A stretch of 43,375 bases of DNA from Clostridia bacterium (GCA_045601625.1 JAZSAA010000200.1:1-43375); one strand, 5' to 3'; numbered from the stretch's first letter, positions 1-8,135 are shown. A program made the numbers and translations. The notes: generated from the sequence alone by a model not told the origin.

Positions 1-73
1 CTTCGGCGGGCTCCGCATCGGCGCCCCTACACGATTGTATGCCCTTTGATGCGCCGTCATTATTGAACTTTGT

Positions 74-1015
74 CTATTCCTCCAGCGCCGCCTCGGTCAT
101 CGTCAGCGTTCCCGCTTCGGCGTCCAGGCTGCAGCGCACGCCCAGGGGCACGGTGATCTTGCTCGGCGTGTGACCGATAGACAGGTTCGCCAGTACCGGC
201 TTTCCGGCGGGCACGATGATGTCCCGTATGACGTCCTCCAGGCGCAGGGCGTAGCGTTCGTACTCCTCGGTGCAGTTGGTGAAGCCGCCCAGCACCACGC
301 CGGCGCACTTATCAAACATGCCCGCCAGGCGCAGCTGGGTCAGCATGGAATCCAGCCGATAGATGTATTCCCCCACGTCCTCCAGCAGCAGCACCTTGCC
401 TTCGGGGTTCAGCTGGTAGGGCGTGCCACAGGTGGCGGCGATCAGCGACAGGTTGCCGCCCACCAGCAGGCCCTCGCAGCGGCCCGGAACGACGCACCGG
501 GGCGTCATGCCCTCGGGGTTTTCAAGCACGCCCAGCGGCTCGGTGCTGGTCAATGCCCGCAGCATGCTCTCCCGGGAGAAATCGTCGAACTCCATCCATG
601 CCCGGTCGGGCATCGGCCCGTGAAGGGTCACAAGCCCTGCCTTTTCATGGATGGCCGTGTGCAGGGCGGTGATGTCCGAATAGCCCAGCAGGATCTTCGG
701 GTTTGCGCGGATGGCGTCGAAGTCCACCTGGTCCAGTATCCTCGCCACGCCGTAGCCCCCGCGCATGCAGACCACCGCGTCCACCCGGTCGTCCCTGAAC
801 ATCCGGTTCAGGCCCCTGGCCCGGGCGGCGTCGGTGCCGGACAGGTAGCCGTATTCCTCCCGGCAGCTGTCCGCCACGATGACCCTGTAGCCCAGGGCGT
901 CAATAACCCCCAGCATCTTCTCAAAGCGGGTCTCCGCCTCGTGCATCGCGCCGGAGATGCCCACCAGCCCGATGGTATCGCCCTTGCGAAGGGGCCTGGG
1001 TTTCAGAAGGTTCAT
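74..1015 (-). CDS. ldcA: LD-carboxypeptidase (peptidase S66, muramoyltetrapeptide carboxypeptidase)
   Basis: 313-aa ORF. It has an N-terminal KGDTIGLVxxSG, a nucleophile region LLGYSDITALH and a C-terminal SIGHTP motif, all typical of the S66 LdcA/MccF family. No signal peptide. Confidence 0.88.
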   Translation of the reverse strand: MNLLKPRPLRKGDTIGLVGISGAMHEAETRFEKMLGVIDALGYRVIVADSCREEYGYLSGTDAARARGLNRMFRDDRVDAVVCMRGGYGVARILDQVDFDAIRANPKILLGYSDITALHTAIHEKAGLVTLHGPMPDRAWMEFDDFSRESMLRALTSTEPLGVLENPEGMTPRCVVPGRCEGLLVGGNLSLIAATCGTPYQLNPEGKVLLLEDVGEYIYRLDSMLTQLRLAGMFDKCAGVVLGGFTNCTEEYERYALRLEDVIRDIIVPAGKPVLANLSIGHTPSKITVPLGVRCSLDAEAGTLTMTEAALEE

Positions 1016-1054
1016 GGTTCATTCTTCTTTCATATATGTTTGCAGGGCATAATC

Positions 1055-1213
1055 CTGATTTGTCGCGGGGTCGACAAATCAGAATATGAGAGTTGAGAGT
1101 ACAGAGTTAAGAGTTCAGATAAGGTCGAATCCTGACGGATTTCCATTATTCCAGCGGACATTTGCCTTCCGCTGACTATCTCTAAACTCTTCACTCTAAA
1201 CTCTATTCTGATT
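1055..1213. repeat. Composite palindromic element between the alr stop and the ldcA start: an 11-bp perfect hairpin plus a ~45-bp-arm imperfect inverted repeat built from (G)AGAGTT-like units
   Basis: CTGATTTGTCG (1055-1065) pairs with CGACAAATCAG (1072-1082). The left arm 1076-1122 (AAATCAGAATATGAGAGTTGAGAGTACAGAGTTAAGAGTTCAGAT) is an imperfect reverse complement of 1176-1213 (CTATCTCTAAACTCTTCACTCTAAACTCTATTCTGATTT). AAATCAG (1076-1082) is shared by both structures. Confidence 0.7.
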
Positions 1214-1216
1214 TAT

Positions 1217-2341
1217 CTATCCAACCTCCACAACCTCGCCGCTCCGGGTATACACCCTCGGTACGCGGCGGCCGATGCGGGTCAGCGCTTCGTTGCGGTG
1301 GGCGCCGGTCCAGGCGGAATACTGTTCCAGCGATATGCCGTCGCCCATCAGCGTCGCGGCGTCGCCGGGGCGCACCTCCGGGATGTCGGTCACGTCCGCC
1401 ATCATCTGGTCCATGCACAGCAGTCCCGCCACGGGCGCGCGCCTGCCGTGGATCTCCACCGCGCCCACGCTGTTCACCCGGGGATAGCCGTCGGCGTAGC
1501 CGGCGGACAGCGTGGCGATGACCCGGTCGCGCTCGAGGGGATGGCTCTCATCGTAGCCCAGGTATTCCCCCTTCGCCACCCGACGCACCTGCGCCACCCG
1601 GGTCATGAACCGCACGGGCAGGCGACACTCGCCATTGGCGTTGGGATAGCGGCTGGGCACCACGCCGTAGAGCCAGGCCCCGATGCGCACCGCATCGAAA
1701 TGCCACCGGGGATGGCGCACCATGCCGATGCTGTCGCAGGCATGAAGCAGGCCAAAGTCCATGCCTGCGCCCTTCAGCGCGCCCACCGCGCGCAACAGCC
1801 TGTCGATCTGCGCGGCGTCGGCGTCCACGTCCCGCAGCGCCAGATGGGTAAACAGGCCCTCCACCCGTAGGTGGGGCAGCCCGAACACCGACGCGATTTC
1901 ATCCATGCGCTCCGGATCGAAGCCCAGGCGGTGCAGGCCGGTGTCCAGCTTGACGTGCGTCCGCGCGTGCAGGCCCGTTCGGGCCGCGGCGGCGTCCAGC
2001 AGGCGCGCCTGGTCGATATCGTAGACGGTGGCGATCAGGCCCTCCCGGACGGCCGTCTCCATCTGCGCCGGGGCGATCATGCCCAGCACAAGTACGTCGC
2101 CGCCGCAGGCTTTCTTCACCTCAACGGCCTCGTTCAACTCCGCCACGGCGAACAGCGACGCGCCGAGGCCGGCCAGCTCCCGGGACAGTGCCGCCGCACC
2201 GAGACCGTAGGCGTTCGCCTTCAGCACCGGGATGATCCGGACCCCGTCGCCGCAGATGGCCTCTGCGGAGCGATAGTTCCCGGCCACGACGTCCAGGTCG
2301 ATCTCGACCCAGCAGCGGGCCCTTGCCAATGCCGCGTTCAC
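1217..2341 (-). CDS. alr: Alanine racemase
   Basis: 374 aa. N-terminal WVEIDLDVVAGNY and the PLP-lysine motif PVLKANAYGLG are present, and the length is typical for the family. The GTG start overlaps the upstream stop (GTGA). Confidence 0.93.
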   Translation of the reverse strand: MNAALARARCWVEIDLDVVAGNYRSAEAICGDGVRIIPVLKANAYGLGAAALSRELAGLGASLFAVAELNEAVEVKKACGGDVLVLGMIAPAQMETAVREGLIATVYDIDQARLLDAAAARTGLHARTHVKLDTGLHRLGFDPERMDEIASVFGLPHLRVEGLFTHLALRDVDADAAQIDRLLRAVGALKGAGMDFGLLHACDSIGMVRHPRWHFDAVRIGAWLYGVVPSRYPNANGECRLPVRFMTRVAQVRRVAKGEYLGYDESHPLERDRVIATLSAGYADGYPRVNSVGAVEIHGRRAPVAGLLCMDQMMADVTDIPEVRPGDAATLMGDGISLEQYSAWTGAHRNEALTRIGRRVPRVYTRSGEVVEVG

Positions 2342-3129
2342 AGCCCACCCTCCCCAAGGGCGAGGGCCTTCGCCGTATCCTGTATCAGCCGTTCAAAGGC
2401 GGGCACGTTTACGCGGTTGGACAGCATGCAGACGACGAAGGGCTTTTCGGCATAGATGATCCCGGCGTCGTGGGTGATGTCATCGTCCTCGCCGGTCTTG
2501 TGGGCACAGCGGATGCCCCGGCTGTGCAGGTAGAAGGGCAGCTTGCCGTTCAGCCGCTGGTTCAGCAGTATATCGACCATCCGCCCGTCGGGTCCTTCGC
2601 CCAGCAGCGTCCCGGCCGCCATGCGCTCCAGCAGCGTGCCGACGCCCCTTGCGGTGACGGTGTTCTGTATGCCCCGGGCCGACAGCTCCGGCTCGAACAG
2701 CCTGCGGCGCAGGGCGATGCCGGGAATATCCAGTTCGGTCATGGTCCGGTTGACGTGCTCCGGGGTCAACCGGTCGATCAGCATATTGGTGGCGGTGTTG
2801 TCGCTGAGTATGATCATCAGCGTGATCAGGTCCATCAGCGTCACCTCGAGGCCGTCGTGCATGTAGCTCAGCGCGCCGCAAGAGGGCATCTTGTCCTCCG
2901 GCTTCACGGCGACGGTCTCATCGGGGTCCAGCCTCCCCGCGGCGATGTCCCGGAACGCCGTCACCATGATGGGGATCTTGATGACGCTGGCGGCAATCAG
3001 GGGGAGGTCCGGGTTGTGGGTGACAACCCGATCCTCCCCCAGGACGCGATAATAGAAGCCCACGTTGCCGGGAAAGGCCCGTATGGCGTCAAAGCAGTTC
3101 ATCTCTCGCTTCACTTCGCTTTCCATCAT
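2338..3129 (-). CDS. Class A beta-lactamase-fold serine hydrolase, no signal peptide (predicted cytoplasmic)
   Basis: All four class-A motifs are present in order: S-x-x-K (ASVIK), SDN (LSDNTATN), omega-loop FEPELS (EPELN-like) and KTG (HKTGED). The start was taken at MMESEV, where ATGATG overlaps the stop of the upstream gene; the ORF-track start at 3231 would overlap that gene by about 100 nt. Confidence 0.85.
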   Translation of the reverse strand: MMESEVKREMNCFDAIRAFPGNVGFYYRVLGEDRVVTHNPDLPLIAASVIKIPIMVTAFRDIAAGRLDPDETVAVKPEDKMPSCGALSYMHDGLEVTLMDLITLMIILSDNTATNMLIDRLTPEHVNRTMTELDIPGIALRRRLFEPELSARGIQNTVTARGVGTLLERMAAGTLLGEGPDGRMVDILLNQRLNGKLPFYLHSRGIRCAHKTGEDDDITHDAGIIYAEKPFVVCMLSNRVNVPAFERLIQDTAKALALGEGGL

Positions 3130-3731
3130 CCGTTGCTGGACGAGCTGGAGGAGGAGAACGACGCCGTGTTCTCGCGGTCCTTCATCATGTGGATCAGCGT
3201 GACCAGTATCGCCACCACGATCTGCTCGCACTCCGGCCGGTAGATGTCGATGCAGAACTTGTCGTGAAGGGAGATCGCCTTCTGGCCGATCACCGCGATG
3301 ATGCTCTCGTCCCGGTCGTACAGCTCGAAGTTCAGCCCGACGATGTTGCCCCGGAGCTGCCAGCCCAGGCCCTCGATGTTGGTGATGTCCTTCACCAGGT
3401 GGAACAGCTCGTTGGACATTTCGAACTTCTCGCCGCTGGCCATGGTGATGAAGTGGCGCTCGTGGAGCGAGAAGATCTTGCTCTCGATGTGGGCCACCTG
3501 GCTGCCGTGGGCATCCGTGATGTCCGTCTTGTCCTTGATGGAGATGGCCTTGCTGTTCGCCTCGTACACCACCCGCTCCTGGTCGTCAGTGATGTCGATA
3601 TGATGATGCAGCGAAAAGACCTTTGAAGAGGTATAGAGGGAGTGATGCGGCTCGCCAAAGCGCTCCACATTGTTGACGTTGGCGGCCTCTCCCGCCTCAT
3701 GGAACCGATGGAACTTGGAAAAAACGCCCAT
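3126..3731 (-). CDS. LURP-one-related (LOR) / DUF567 tubby-C-like family protein with a poly-Ser C-terminal tail
   Basis: 201 aa starting at MGVFSKF, preceded by AGGAGGT 7 nt upstream. Recurring KIFSLHERHxI / KAISLHDKFxI strand motifs and the length fit the LOR/DUF567 family. The tail is SFSSSSSSSNG. Confidence 0.72.
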   Translation of the reverse strand: MGVFSKFHRFHEAGEAANVNNVERFGEPHHSLYTSSKVFSLHHHIDITDDQERVVYEANSKAISIKDKTDITDAHGSQVAHIESKIFSLHERHFITMASGEKFEMSNELFHLVKDITNIEGLGWQLRGNIVGLNFELYDRDESIIAVIGQKAISLHDKFCIDIYRPECEQIVVAILVTLIHMMKDRENTASFSSSSSSSNG

Positions 3732-3832
3732 TATGATACCTCCTGAGATGTCGGTCGTCTGTGTGACGGCGCAGGCGCCGCCGCAACATTCGGCTTGGTC
3801 AAGCGCGCCGCCGCGACCATTCATCACGGGCA

Positions 3833-3868
3833 GGCGCGCGCCGCTTTGATCTTTGGCGGGCGCGCGCC
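3833..3868 (-). terminator. GC-rich hairpin between the 748-aa secreted-protein gene and the LOR operon
   Basis: GGCGCGCGCCGC (3833-3844) pairs with GCGGGCGCGCGCC (3856-3868); the loop is TTTGATCTTTG. No clear U-tract follows on the minus strand, so terminator function is uncertain. Confidence 0.35.
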
Positions 3869-3880
3869 GCCGCCATGATC

Positions 3881-6127
3881 TTACGGCGTATAGAGGTGGC
3901 TCATGGCCGCCAGCCTGCCGTTTTCGATGGTCACGCGGGTGTTGTACTGGTCAAAGGAAGCGTCCTCCCCCGCCTTGGCGATGGCGTCCACGATTTCCGC
4001 GCCCCGGGCCATCACCGGGTTCTGGGTGGGATCGGACACGTCGGTGTAGCTGGTATCGTCGTCGATCATCAGCGTGGTCACGCCGTGGTCGGTGTAGGTC
4101 GCCAGGTCGGTGTAACCCGATACATAGTAGAAGCCGGTCTCCGCGTCCAGGCGCAGCTCCACGCCGTTTTCCCCGTCCAGGCCGCCGTTGACCGCCACGT
4201 CGCCTCCGAAGTCCACGGACTTGACCTCGATGGTCTCGCCCTCCACGACGATGCTGTCCCCCGCCGCCAGCGCTTCGATGTCCTCGGCGGCGTAGCGGTC
4301 CTCGGTAAAGACGTGCACGCTGTTCATGTAGATGCCGGACGCGCCACTGAAGATGTCGCCCCTGTTGAAAGCCACCGGCCACGTGCCGTCCGGCAGATGG
4401 GTCACGTCCACGTCCACAGTCATCGGCGCGACCGTCCTGGCCGGGGCCTCGATCTCGTTTGCGTAGGTCACGACGTTGCTCAGCCACTTCTCGCCGGTCT
4501 TGTCGTCGATGGCCAGTGCCGCGAAGTTCAGGCTGCCCTCGCCCCACTCCATATCCGCGGTAAAGCTGCCGGAGGCGTCGTTGGCCGCGTTGCCCTTCAG
4601 CTCCACGCCGTCCAGCGCCATGACCAGGTCCTCCGACCGGAAGTCGGGCGTCTCCCCGAAGGTCAGCAGCAGCGCCGTATAGGTGCAGCGCCCGTCGCCC
4701 AGGTTCGTCAGCGACCATCTGTAGGTGACCATGCCGCTTTCGTCGGCCGCATCGGCCGGGGTGACGGTCAGGGCCAGGTTCACGGCGTCGTCCTGGCCCT
4801 CGCCCTTCCATTCCCCGTCGGGCAGGGCATCCAGCCAGGCGTTCACCGCCGCGTCGATGTCCGCGGGACGGATGACGCCTTCCTGGGCTACCAGGCCGCG
4901 ATCCTCCGCGAAGGCGGCGTAGGCCGCGTCCAGCTTCCTGCCGTAGATGCCGTCGAAGCCGCCGGCGTCGTAGCCCACTTGCTTCATGATCTGCTGCAGG
5001 GCGCGGACGTCCTCGCCACGGCGGCCACGCTCGAACCAGGGCTGGGGCTCCACGGCCTCGTGCTGTTCATAGCCGCAGTCCCGGCAGGTGCGCACGCGCT
5101 CGCCGGCCTCGGTGCGGGTCATCTCCTTCACGGTCTGCCAGGGGCCGAAGTCGTGGCGCAGGCGCTTGAGCGTCTGGGGCCAGGCCACGCCGTCTGGCTC
5201 AAGGTCCTGGTCCTTCTGGAACTGCTTGACCGCCTTTTCGCAGCCGCCGCCGAAGATGCCGTCCGCGCCGCCGGCGTTCAGGTAGCCCTGGTCCACCAGC
5301 AGTTGTTGCAGCGCGCGCACATCGTCGCCCCTGTCGCCGCGGCGCAGGGTGCCGTCGGGGTCGAAGCTCTCCTCGCCGCCGTTGTGGCCGCAGACCCTGC
5401 ATATCTTCGCCCGGGTGCCGGAGGAGTGGTCGGTGGCCTCGACAGTCACCTGCCACTCGTAGTCGTGGGGCAGCTTTTCCAGGGTCTCAGTCTCCACATA
5501 GCCGCAGACCTTGCACTTGCGCTCCCGTTCGCCGGTCTCGGTGCAGGTGGGCTCCTCGGTCACCTTCCACTTGCCGAAGGTGTGATCGGCCAGGTAGGTC
5601 TCCCGCTGCTCATAGCCGCAGCGCTTGCAGGTGCGCTCCCGCTCGCCCTCCTTGACGCAGGTGGCCTCCTTGATGACCTTCCACTTGCCGAACTCATGCT
5701 CCAGCCGGTCCAGCTTCTCGGTCTTGGTGGTTCCGCAGATCTTGCAGGTGCGCTCCCGTTCGCCGGAGTGGGTGCAGGTGGGCTCGTCGGTCACGTGCCA
5801 CTTCCCCCACTGGTGCTTGCAGTACTTCGGGGGCATCTCGTCCGCCAGGTATTTGGTCAGCACCCAGGCCTCCATCTGCCCGCCGTGCTTGGTGTCCTCC
5901 AGCAATATGGATGTGTACTTGCTGCCAAACATAACGTCGCCGCTGAGCATGACCGGGGTGCCGCCCTTCAGCTTCTTGACGACCTTGGAATCCGAGTCCG
6001 GTTCCTCGTGCGCCTCCAGCTTGTCCTTGTTGACATACTTCGTGTACTCGTCGGCGCTCGCGGGAATCGCAAGCAGCAGCGTCATGGCCAGCGCCACGAC
6101 GGCCAGCCACGCGATCAGCTTTCTCAT
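3881..6127 (-). CDS. Secreted multidomain cell-wall-binding protein: signal peptide, SH3b-like domain, 5 Cys/His repeats, 2 PG_binding_1 domains, beta-rich middle region, uncharacterised C-terminal domain
   Basis: Start at MRKLIAWLAVVALAMTLLLAIPASA, with GGGAGG 7 nt upstream. Two GxxGxDVRALQQxLxxxGY...DGIFG/DGIYG peptidoglycan-binding repeats are present. Tandem HxFGKWxVxxEPTCxxxGERERxCxxCG units are also present. Confidence 0.85.
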   Translation of the reverse strand: MRKLIAWLAVVALAMTLLLAIPASADEYTKYVNKDKLEAHEEPDSDSKVVKKLKGGTPVMLSGDVMFGSKYTSILLEDTKHGGQMEAWVLTKYLADEMPPKYCKHQWGKWHVTDEPTCTHSGERERTCKICGTTKTEKLDRLEHEFGKWKVIKEATCVKEGERERTCKRCGYEQRETYLADHTFGKWKVTEEPTCTETGERERKCKVCGYVETETLEKLPHDYEWQVTVEATDHSSGTRAKICRVCGHNGGEESFDPDGTLRRGDRGDDVRALQQLLVDQGYLNAGGADGIFGGGCEKAVKQFQKDQDLEPDGVAWPQTLKRLRHDFGPWQTVKEMTRTEAGERVRTCRDCGYEQHEAVEPQPWFERGRRGEDVRALQQIMKQVGYDAGGFDGIYGRKLDAAYAAFAEDRGLVAQEGVIRPADIDAAVNAWLDALPDGEWKGEGQDDAVNLALTVTPADAADESGMVTYRWSLTNLGDGRCTYTALLLTFGETPDFRSEDLVMALDGVELKGNAANDASGSFTADMEWGEGSLNFAALAIDDKTGEKWLSNVVTYANEIEAPARTVAPMTVDVDVTHLPDGTWPVAFNRGDIFSGASGIYMNSVHVFTEDRYAAEDIEALAAGDSIVVEGETIEVKSVDFGGDVAVNGGLDGENGVELRLDAETGFYYVSGYTDLATYTDHGVTTLMIDDDTSYTDVSDPTQNPVMARGAEIVDAIAKAGEDASFDQYNTRVTIENGRLAAMSHLYTP
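5384..5821 (-). repeat. Intragenic tandem repeat: four consecutive ~37-39-aa Cys/His modules, with a fifth isolated copy at 5063-5155
   Basis: Four modules were read from the translation: CKHQWGKWHVTDEPTCTHSGERERTCKICG; HEFGKWKVIKEATCVKEGERERTCKRCG; HTFGKWKVTEEPTCTETGERERKCKVCG; HDYEWQVTVEATDHSSGTRAKICRVCG. Confidence 0.85.
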
Positions 6128-6179
6128 GGATATACCTCCCTTTTGCGTTGATCGATGAATGGATTTTTCAGCCCGAGTA

Positions 6180-6210
6180 TTGACTTGGGGCATACTTCCA
6201 TGTATATAAT
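6180..6210 (+). promoter_or_regulatory. Candidate sigma-70 promoter for the alcohol dehydrogenase gene
   Basis: TTGACT (6180-6185), a 17-nt spacer, then TATATA/TATAAT (6203-6210). An AAAGGAGG RBS follows before the ATG at 6270. Confidence 0.45.
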
Positions 6211-6269
6211 AGTATAAACTGTGAACTGGCGATTGTCAACGGACCGTTTCAAAAAAGGAGGATATCGAC

Positions 6270-7448
6270 ATGTTCCCATTCAACTACTACACCCCCACCA
6301 GAGTGATCTTCGGCAGGGACGCCGAGCTGAGGGTCGGCGAGATGATCAAGCTGTTCGGCGGCACGAAAGTGCTGATCCACTACGGCGGTGGCAGCGTGAT
6401 CCGCTCCGGCCTGATGCAGCGGGTCACCGACACCCTCGACGCCGCCGGGATCGCGTATATCATGCTGGGCGGCGCGGTGCCCAACCCCCGGCTGAGTCTG
6501 GTCTACAAGGGCATCGAGCTGTGCAAAAAAGAGGGTGTGGACTTCCTGCTGGCCGTGGGCGGGGGCAGCGCCATCGACAGCGCCAAGGCCATCGGCTATG
6601 GCGTGTACAACGGCGGCGACGTGTGGGATTTCTACGACCGCAAGCGCAAGGCTGAGGGCTGCCTGCCCCTGGGCGTGATCCTGACCCTGTCCGCCACCGG
6701 CAGCGAGATGAGCGACTCCTCGGTCATCACGAAGGAGGAGGGCCTGATCAAGCGGGGCTACAGCAGCGACTACGGCCGGGCGAAGTTCGCCCTTCTGAAT
6801 CCGGAGCTGACCATGACCCTGCCCGACTACCAGACCGCCTGCGGCTGCGCCGACATCATGATGCACACGATGGAGCGCTACTTCTCCGGCGGCGGCACCA
6901 TGCAGCTGACCGACGCCCTCGCCGAGGGCCTGCTGCGCACGGTGATGGCGAATGCCGAGATTCTGGTGAAGGACCCGAAGAACTACGACGCCCGGGCCGA
7001 GGTGATGTGGGCCGGCAGCCTGTCCCACAACGGCCTGACCGGCTGCGGCAGCGACGGTGGCGACTGGATGACCCACAAGCTGGAGCACGAGCTGGGCGGC
7101 CTGTACGACGTGGCCCACGGCGCGGGACTCACCGCCATCTGGGGCAGCTGGGCGCGCTACGTCTACCGGGATTGCCTGCCCCGCTTCCGTCGGTTCGCGG
7201 TGAACGTGATGGGCGTGGCGCCCGTCGGCACGGACGAGGAAATCGCACTGAAGGGCATCGAGGCCACGGAGGCGTTTTACCGCCGCATTCACATGCCCAC
7301 CAACCTGCGGGAGCTTGGCGTGAACCCCACCGAGGACGAGCTTCGCACGATGGCTCACAAGTGCGCCGAGGGCGTCGGCGGCGCGAAGGGCTCGGCAAAG
7401 CTCCTGCACGAGGCGGATATGCTGGCGATCTACCGGGCGAGCCTGTGA
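6270..7448 (+). CDS. Iron-containing (group III) alcohol dehydrogenase, butanol dehydrogenase/YqhD-like
   Basis: 392 aa. N-terminal FxYxxPTRVIFG, a GGGSVIDSAKAIG-type motif (GGGSAIDSAKAIGYG) and a C-terminal metal-binding His cluster (HxLEHELGGLYDVAHGAGL). Confidence 0.92.
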   Translation: MFPFNYYTPTRVIFGRDAELRVGEMIKLFGGTKVLIHYGGGSVIRSGLMQRVTDTLDAAGIAYIMLGGAVPNPRLSLVYKGIELCKKEGVDFLLAVGGGSAIDSAKAIGYGVYNGGDVWDFYDRKRKAEGCLPLGVILTLSATGSEMSDSSVITKEEGLIKRGYSSDYGRAKFALLNPELTMTLPDYQTACGCADIMMHTMERYFSGGGTMQLTDALAEGLLRTVMANAEILVKDPKNYDARAEVMWAGSLSHNGLTGCGSDGGDWMTHKLEHELGGLYDVAHGAGLTAIWGSWARYVYRDCLPRFRRFAVNVMGVAPVGTDEEIALKGIEATEAFYRRIHMPTNLRELGVNPTEDELRTMAHKCAEGVGGAKGSAKLLHEADMLAIYRASL

Positions 7449-7462
7449 CGCCAAAACAGAAA

Positions 7463-7531
7463 AGATCCTTCGCTTTGCCCAGGATGACAGGGAAATGTTC
7501 CGATGTCATCCCGGGGCGAAGCGGAGGATCT
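7463..7531. repeat. REP-like palindromic intergenic element, copy 1
   Basis: AGATCCTTCGCTTTGCCCAGGATGACA - 14-nt loop - TGTCATCCCGGGGCGAAGCGGAGGATCT. It lies between the convergent adh and yajC genes. The flanking ACAGAAA/TTTCTGT extends the pairing. Confidence 0.9.
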
Positions 7532-7550
7532 ATTTCTGTATGGCCGTCGA

Positions 7551-7982
7551 TCAGATCTGGGGCTCGGCGTCGTTCTCCAGGGCCACGTTCTCCACAGAGC
7601 GGATGGCCCAGCGGGCGATAACGATGGTGTTCTGCAGGGAGCCCATGGTCAGGGTGACGGAGTCGTCCTTCAGGGCGGCGATGGTGCCGTACAGGCCGCC
7701 GATGGTGCAGATGCGGTCGCCCACCTTCAGGGCCGACAGCATGTCCTTCACCTGCTTGTCCTTCTTGCGCTGGGGACGGATCAGCAGGAAATAGAATATG
7801 GCGATCATCCCCACCATCATCACGACGGTGCTGACCAGGCTGCCCGTCCCGGCAGCTGCGGCCGCCGCCTGGTCAGCGGTGCCGGCGGCAGCGGTGGTCG
7901 TGGTCGCGGCAGCGGCTTCACCGGTGGCGACGGAAACAGACTGATTGGCCTCGGCCAACAGGTTTACGAGATTCATGAACAT
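7551..7982 (-). CDS. yajC: Preprotein translocase subunit YajC, with an Ala/Thr-rich N-terminal extension
   Basis: Core IFYFLLIRPQRKKDKQVKDMLSALKVGDRICTIGGLYGTI is a canonical YajC signature. The start was chosen at MFMNL, with AAGGAG 8 nt upstream. Confidence 0.88.
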   Translation of the reverse strand: MFMNLVNLLAEANQSVSVATGEAAAATTTTAAAGTADQAAAAAAGTGSLVSTVVMMVGMIAIFYFLLIRPQRKKDKQVKDMLSALKVGDRICTIGGLYGTIAALKDDSVTLTMGSLQNTIVIARWAIRSVENVALENDAEPQI

Positions 7983-8105
7983 ATCGACTATCTCCTTTGC
8001 GTGCTTGTGAAACAATACAATTATAACCGAGTTTGGAAGGAATTACAACTTTTTGAGGGATAAATATGGGCGTGGGGATGTAAAATTTCGGTAACTGTCA
8101 GAGGG

Positions 8106-8135
8106 TAAACTCTGATTTGTGGCCTACGCGACCAA

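Noticed and set aside
1125-1140. A tRNA T-loop-like word (GGTCGAATCC) inside the alr-ldcA spacer.
   Set aside because: It is one nucleotide short of the GGTTCGAATCC consensus. No acceptor, D or anticodon arms can be drawn around it. It forms only a local 5-bp hairpin (AATCC-TGAC-GGATT) within the larger palindrome.
3875-6151. Very long ORFs antisense to confidently assigned genes. Examples are 3875-6151 (+, 758 aa), 6249-7454 (-), 9982-11154 (-), 23634-26312 (+, 892 aa), 26983-29799 (+, 938 aa), 31169-33172 (+, 667 aa) and 41372-42772 (-).
   Set aside because: Their translations are low-complexity and rich in Ala, Gly, Arg, His, Pro and Val, with no family motifs. They exactly shadow ORFs on the other strand that have strong family signatures and proper RBS/start contexts. 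This is the typical high-GC stop-codon-depletion artefact.
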